IMG/VR virus record: IMGVR_UViG_3300047275_000752
Coordinates: 8,399-72,398 of that record
Source of the DNA: a virus
Taxonomy: Duplodnaviria; Caudoviricetes
DNA length: 64,000 bases
Direction: 5' to 3' (one strand)
Part shown: positions 60,254 through 64,000 of the stretch, in pieces
Layout: each line of letters begins with the position of its first letter
Position numbering within the stretch: the stretch's first letter is position 1
The notes under the pieces: generated by a model
The model's input: only the letters and a program-made list of their open reading frames with translations
The model's database searches: none
What the model was told of the DNA's origin: nothing
Program-made: the position numbers and the translations under genes

Positions 60254-60477
60254 CAGATCTATCTCCGCTTTCACAGCGCATCCGTGATGCAGTATTGGCT
60301 ACATACGATGAGCAAGCCGACAGGGAATCACTTTGGATCATTGACTGTCCACAAGTTGTAGCTGCATTAATGGCTGCTGCAGATAATATCGACTTTGACC
60401 CCTGGTTGGTAGAACATCAAGAGTACACAGGTGTTTTGCGCAACATCGCCCTTGAACTTCGTGAAAACAATGACTGA
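60250..60477 (+). CDS. Modular-family protein (MTxLSP...AAL.AAA)
   Basis: Shares motifs with 61386-61619 and 62224-62496. Confidence 0.5.
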   Translation: MTDLSPLSQRIRDAVLATYDEQADRESLWIIDCPQVVAALMAAADNIDFDPWLVEHQEYTGVLRNIALELRENND

Positions 60478-60862
60478 CCAACAACACCCGATCGCCCCGC
60501 CGCCGGAACTGGTGGAGCAGTGGTATGACTCCATAGACAACGCGTCCACATCTTGGAAACAGGAGCTAGCCACCCAAGCCGCCCGCTGGGGCTTCAAGCA
60601 GTGTATGGAGCTAGACGCTTCATGGCTTGAAGCCAAACTGCAAAAAGCTCGGGATGAAGAGCTGGAGGCGTGCTGCGAGTGGCTACAAGAAATCGGTCCC
60701 TCAGAAGTATGGTTATGTGGGGATGATTTACGACAAGCCCGCCGCCCCCAGCCGAGCCTGAAGGAGCAGGCGCTGAAAGCACTTACTAAAATCGAGGATA
60801 ACGGAGCAACCTACCTTGATTCTTCTGTTATCCGCCGCGCCCTAGAGCAACTCAATGACTGA
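60470..60862 (+). CDS. Modular-family protein (HPI.PP...ARWG...SLKEQAL)
   Basis: Paralogue of 60855-61169. Confidence 0.55.
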   Translation: MTDQQHPIAPPPELVEQWYDSIDNASTSWKQELATQAARWGFKQCMELDASWLEAKLQKARDEELEACCEWLQEIGPSEVWLCGDDLRQARRPQPSLKEQALKALTKIEDNGATYLDSSVIRRALEQLND

Positions 60863-61169
60863 CAACCACCCGATCACCCCACCGCAGTGGCTAGTCGATG
60901 CCTGGCGCAAACTGGCGTTGGCTATGGGCGCTGATGTTGATGCTGTCTTTCTGGAAGCCGCCCGCTGGGGCGCCGACCAAGAGCTGAAGGCGTGTTGTGA
61001 GTTGATGGATGAATGGGAACTTGATCAAACTGATCTTCGCTTTGCCCGCCGCCCCAAGCCGCCGAGCTTGAAGGAGCAGGCACTGGAGGCTTTGGACCGA
61101 ATGGATCAGTTTCCTACTGCTGAGGATCAGTACATAATCCGCCGCGCACTGGAGCAACTTGATGACTGA
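60855..61169 (+). CDS. Modular-family protein (HPI.PP...ARWG...SLKEQAL)
   Basis: Paralogue of 60470-60862. Confidence 0.55.
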   Translation: MTDNHPITPPQWLVDAWRKLALAMGADVDAVFLEAARWGADQELKACCELMDEWELDQTDLRFARRPKPPSLKEQALEALDRMDQFPTAEDQYIIRRALEQLDD

Positions 61170-61389
61170 ACTGTCACCCCTGACCGAAACCACAATCACC
61201 AAAGAGAACCTTGACCGACTTTGGAATGCCTTAGAATACACTCGAGCAACCATTAGTCCCAGTGGTAATTTTAAATCAAAAGAAAATCCTGGATGGGTTG
61301 AGATTCATGGAGGTAGAGCACATCAATCCGAAGTTTTTTTGAATAATGCGATTGACCTTGTAAATCAACTGAAAAAAGAACTGAAATGA
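61159..61389 (+). CDS. Hypothetical protein, 76 aa
   Basis: Coupled ORF, AT-richer insert. Confidence 0.45.
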   Translation: MMTELSPLTETTITKENLDRLWNALEYTRATISPSGNFKSKENPGWVEIHGGRAHQSEVFLNNAIDLVNQLKKELK

Positions 61390-61619
61390 CTAACTTCTCC
61401 CCCGCTGCTCAGGCGGTGCTGGATGCTGTTTGCGACAACACTGAGCCCGACTGCGACACACAGCACTTAATCGCCGCCGCCCTGCGTGCTGCTGCTGATC
61501 AGGTGGTGCCTAGAGAGCCAGCGAAGGATCCATTGTGGGCGTCAGACGCTTACAGGCAACGCGCTGACACCCGCGCATACCTCCTCGCCATTGCCGACGA
61601 ACTGGAGGGTGCGCAATGA
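61386..61619 (+). CDS. Modular-family protein (SPAAQAVLDA...IADELEGAQ)
   Basis: Paralogue of 62224-62496. Confidence 0.55.
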   Translation: MTNFSPAAQAVLDAVCDNTEPDCDTQHLIAAALRAAADQVVPREPAKDPLWASDAYRQRADTRAYLLAIADELEGAQ

Positions 61620-62188
61620 CCACCGACTTCCGCGCCCTGTGCGCTGAGCTGCTGGATGAGGTGGTTGCCAGGCCGTTTATCCCTGACAGTGAGTTAATCT
61701 CTCGCGCCCGCGCCGCCCTGGCCGAGCCCAAGCCGGAGGGTCCGACAGTCATGGAGATCATTGAGCTTGCAGACGAGATTGAAGCACCCGGAGTGGGGCA
61801 GGTTGATCTAGTTCGAGCAGCACTCGCCCGCTGGGGCAACTTGAAAGCCGGGGTTACAAGTTCCACTCCGGTGCCGGTGAGTGAGCGGCTGCCCGAGCCC
61901 AACACCAAAGTGCTCGCTCACTATTTCAACGCCCTAGGCAAAGGGCGAACAATCTGCGCCATCTGGGTTCCCGCCAAATCTCGCAGTGATGACGCCGACT
62001 ATGACTTTACGGAGTACGACGAGGAAGACGACAAGTTCTATTGGCCCGAAGGCTGGTACGAGGCGATTGAGAACTGGGACGACCTTGGCTGGGTCGAGGT
62101 CGATGAAGGTGAAGTGGTCTACTGGCAGCCGCTTCCGAAGTGGCCCGCAACCGCCCTGCCACCGCCTGCGGGGAAGGTGGAAAAATGA
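61616..62188 (+). CDS. Modular-family protein (MTTDFRALCAEL...PVSERLP...WQPLP)
   Basis: Paralogue of 62493-63050. Confidence 0.55.
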   Translation: MTTDFRALCAELLDEVVARPFIPDSELISRARAALAEPKPEGPTVMEIIELADEIEAPGVGQVDLVRAALARWGNLKAGVTSSTPVPVSERLPEPNTKVLAHYFNALGKGRTICAIWVPAKSRSDDADYDFTEYDEEDDKFYWPEGWYEAIENWDDLGWVEVDEGEVVYWQPLPKWPATALPPPAGKVEK

Positions 62189-62223
62189 CCGAGTGACATT
62201 GACCTATGGAAGATCATCGGAGT

Positions 62224-62496
62224 ATGAGTCAAACAGCAATGCCTGAGTCCACCCCACTGAGCCCCGCCGCGCAGGCGGTGCTGGATGCCTACATGAATAA
62301 CTGCGGCTGGCTAGATGGCCCGCTTGAAAGAGATTATCTCTGTACTGCTGCCGTTCTGCGTGCTGCTGCGGAGCAAGCCGAAAACGTCTATCCAGTAAGA
62401 CCTTCTACAGAGTGGGGTGAAGGCTGGCTAGAAGGCGTTCAAGATGTCGTCGCAAGCTTCCGTCGCATCGCCGCCGAGCTGGAGCGGGCGCAATGA
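62224..62496 (+). CDS. Modular-family protein (SPAAQAVLDA...IAAELERAQ)
   Basis: Paralogue of 61386-61619. Confidence 0.55.
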   Translation: MSQTAMPESTPLSPAAQAVLDAYMNNCGWLDGPLERDYLCTAAVLRAAAEQAENVYPVRPSTEWGEGWLEGVQDVVASFRRIAAELERAQ

Positions 62497-63050
62497 CCAC
62501 CGACTTCCGCGCCCTGTGCGCTGAGCTGACTGACGAGCTTGCCGACTTTCAGTGGGCAGTGATTGAGGCCGGCGTCGGATGGGCCTGCCCCGACACTGAG
62601 GCCCTGATTGACCGCGCCCGCGCCGCCCTGGCTCGCGGGGGCCACCCTGCGCCGGTGCCGGTGAGCGAGCCCATTGCCTGGCTGTGGGAGTACATCGGCT
62701 CTGACCCATATCCACACAAGTTCTCACCTGTTGCCAGGTCACTGCGTGAAATGGATCCCGCCAATCCGCCATTCCCTGACGACTGGAGACCAGTCGCACC
62801 GCTCTATCTCGCCCGCTGGGGCCACCAGCCCGCGCCGCCGGCTGAGGGGGAGCAGCGCCACCCCACGCCCGTTCCGGTGGCTGAGCGCCTGCCGGGGCCG
62901 GAGGACTGCGATGCCGGCGGGAGGTGTTGGGCCTGGGATTGGCTGGCTGAGAAATGGTGTCTCTGTGATCGCACCAGTGCGTGCCACGGCTTTGATTACT
63001 GGCTCCCCGCCACCGCCCTGCCGCTGCCTGCGGGGGAGGTGGGAAAATGA
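62493..63050 (+). CDS. Modular-family protein (MTTDFRALCAEL...PVAERLP...WLPATALP)
   Basis: Paralogue of 61616-62188; identical 41-bp junction. Confidence 0.55.
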   Translation: MTTDFRALCAELTDELADFQWAVIEAGVGWACPDTEALIDRARAALARGGHPAPVPVSEPIAWLWEYIGSDPYPHKFSPVARSLREMDPANPPFPDDWRPVAPLYLARWGHQPAPPAEGEQRHPTPVPVAERLPGPEDCDAGGRCWAWDWLAEKWCLCDRTSACHGFDYWLPATALPLPAGEVGK

Positions 63051-63283
63051 CCGACCCCCTCTGGCTCCAGCTCCGCAACCACCCGAGCCTGTTCTGCCTG
63101 CACATCCACCCGTCGCAGGCTCAAGTGCTGCTGCAGGAGCTGGCTGATCGCATCGAGCAGCGTGGCGACAAGCAGCTCGACCTGGACCCCGGCGAGACAG
63201 CGGACTGGCTGCGTGCTGAGGCGGCGATTGCCGAGCAACATGCAGCAGAACGCAAGGCGCATGAGGAGGCGCTGCAGGGATGA
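63047..63283 (+). CDS. Hypothetical protein, 78 aa (paralogue of 59845-60045)
   Basis: MTDPLW...DPGETADWLRAEA. Confidence 0.5.
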   Translation: MTDPLWLQLRNHPSLFCLHIHPSQAQVLLQELADRIEQRGDKQLDLDPGETADWLRAEAAIAEQHAAERKAHEEALQG

Positions 63284-63545
63284 CTGAACCCGGCCCGACC
63301 AGCTCAACAAGCTGATCGAAGACAAGACCTACGAAAACCTCAGCGAGGTTCACAGCATGTGTTGCGCCGCGTTCCATGCGCTCAAGTGCATGGAGGGGAT
63401 GCTGGAGACCGTAGTGGTGGAGCGCGATGGCTACACGTTTGAGGACATGACCGGGAACCTCTACACGGTTCGTCGCGCCTTGGAGATGCTCGACACCATG
63501 ACACGGCTGAACGGCTTGAAGACCGACCCGATCCCGCACTACTAG
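63280..63545 (+). pseudogene. Hypothetical gene with apparent 1-nt frameshift near its start
   Basis: Coupled ATG at 63280 hits an early stop; the long ORF continues in the -1 frame from about 63291. Confidence 0.35.
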
Positions 63546-63568
63546 ACGCACTCTCTACGCTCAGCGCC

Positions 63569-63796
63569 ATGAACGATCGCCAACTGCTCAAGACGCTGCA
63601 GGACGCTGCCATCTGCTGCAAGGACTGCGGCCAGCGTTACGGCATCTACAGCGTCGGCTGCTCCAGCACCTGGATCGGCACCTGCAGGGTCTGCAGCGAG
63701 GAGAAACCGATTACTGAGACCCGCGACTGGGGCTACCTCTACAAAGGTCGCCGTGAGCTGGCAGAGAAGCTGGGCCTGCGTGAGCGCAGTGGCTGA
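63569..63796 (+). CDS. Zn-ribbon protein (paralogue of 45870-46151)
   Basis: CKDCG...CRVC...TETRDWGYL. Confidence 0.55.
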   Translation: MNDRQLLKTLQDAAICCKDCGQRYGIYSVGCSSTWIGTCRVCSEEKPITETRDWGYLYKGRRELAEKLGLRERSG

Positions 63797-63861
63797 AAGG
63801 GTGCGCGTTTTACGAGACGCGCCCCTCGGCACCCGTCGAGCCCTGGTTAAGGCGGGTGCTC

Positions 63862-63889
63862 TCTAGGTTTCCAGCGGCGGAAACCTAGA
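63862..63889. promoter_or_regulatory. Perfect palindrome of two back-to-back GGAAACCTA motifs
   Basis: TCTAGGTTTCC-AGCGGC-GGAAACCTAGA. Confidence 0.55.
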
Positions 63890-63907
63890 CAGAGACGGCC
63901 GCACCAG

Positions 63908-64000
63908 ATGCAGTTGAGCCCCGCAGAAGTCACCGGCGTGGCAGTCGCCCTGCTGGCCGGCAGCGAAATCCTGAGTCTGGTGCCGGGCGTCAAGGCCAAC
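63908..64000 (+). CDS. Small membrane (holin-like) protein, truncated by window end
   Basis: MQLSPAEVTGVAVALLAGSEILSLVPGVKAN; the SE.L.L.P..K.N motif is typical of small cyanophage holin-like proteins. Confidence 0.5.
   Translation, partial: MQLSPAEVTGVAVALLAGSEILSLVPGVKAN

Noticed and set aside
63542-63832. 96-aa minus-strand ORF downstream of the palindrome
   Set aside because: It lies fully antisense to a Zn-ribbon gene that has a paralogue; typical GC-rich shadow ORF.

Overview
The whole window reads as part of a tailed dsDNA phage genome (Caudoviricetes). It is most likely a freshwater cyanophage of Synechococcus/Cyanobium: this is inferred from the cyanophage-type class II RNR, ThyX, a DUF2973-like gene and two sigma-70-family factors. 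Layout: 0-19 kb virion genes (tail/baseplate-like proteins, scaffold, major capsid, two Gly-X-Thr collagen-like fibres, three tandem glycine-rich paralogues, a glycosyltransferase-methyltransferase fusion). 20-22 kb lysis. 22.7-31.8 kb replication/recombination (DnaB, initiator, an iteron-like origin, Sak3-like SSAP, SSB, RusA, RecE-like nuclease, ThyX). 31.8-44.3 kb terminase, second sigma factor, primase, glutaredoxin, NrdJ with two inteins, dCTP deaminase, portal. 44-64 kb small accessory genes, cell-wall enzymes (RlpA-like, SH3, L,D-transpeptidase), three tRNAs, DNA ligase and a GC-richer block of shuffled modular ORFs. The most interesting signals are non-coding. (1) A ~930-nt densely paired RNA on the minus strand (about 54800-55728) behind a tRNA-Arg; it carries two tRNA-like cloverleafs without anticodon loops and could be GOLLD-like or a new class. 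(2) A GGC-GNGAY-GCC hairpin in the leaders of all four dispersed head/packaging genes. (3) A GGHANNCTA late-promoter motif that fits the phage SigF/SigB-like sigma factor. (4) Nine helically phased palindromic iterons next to the initiator gene. No database searches or folding programs were run. Family names come from recognised motifs, and RNA pairings were derived by hand.
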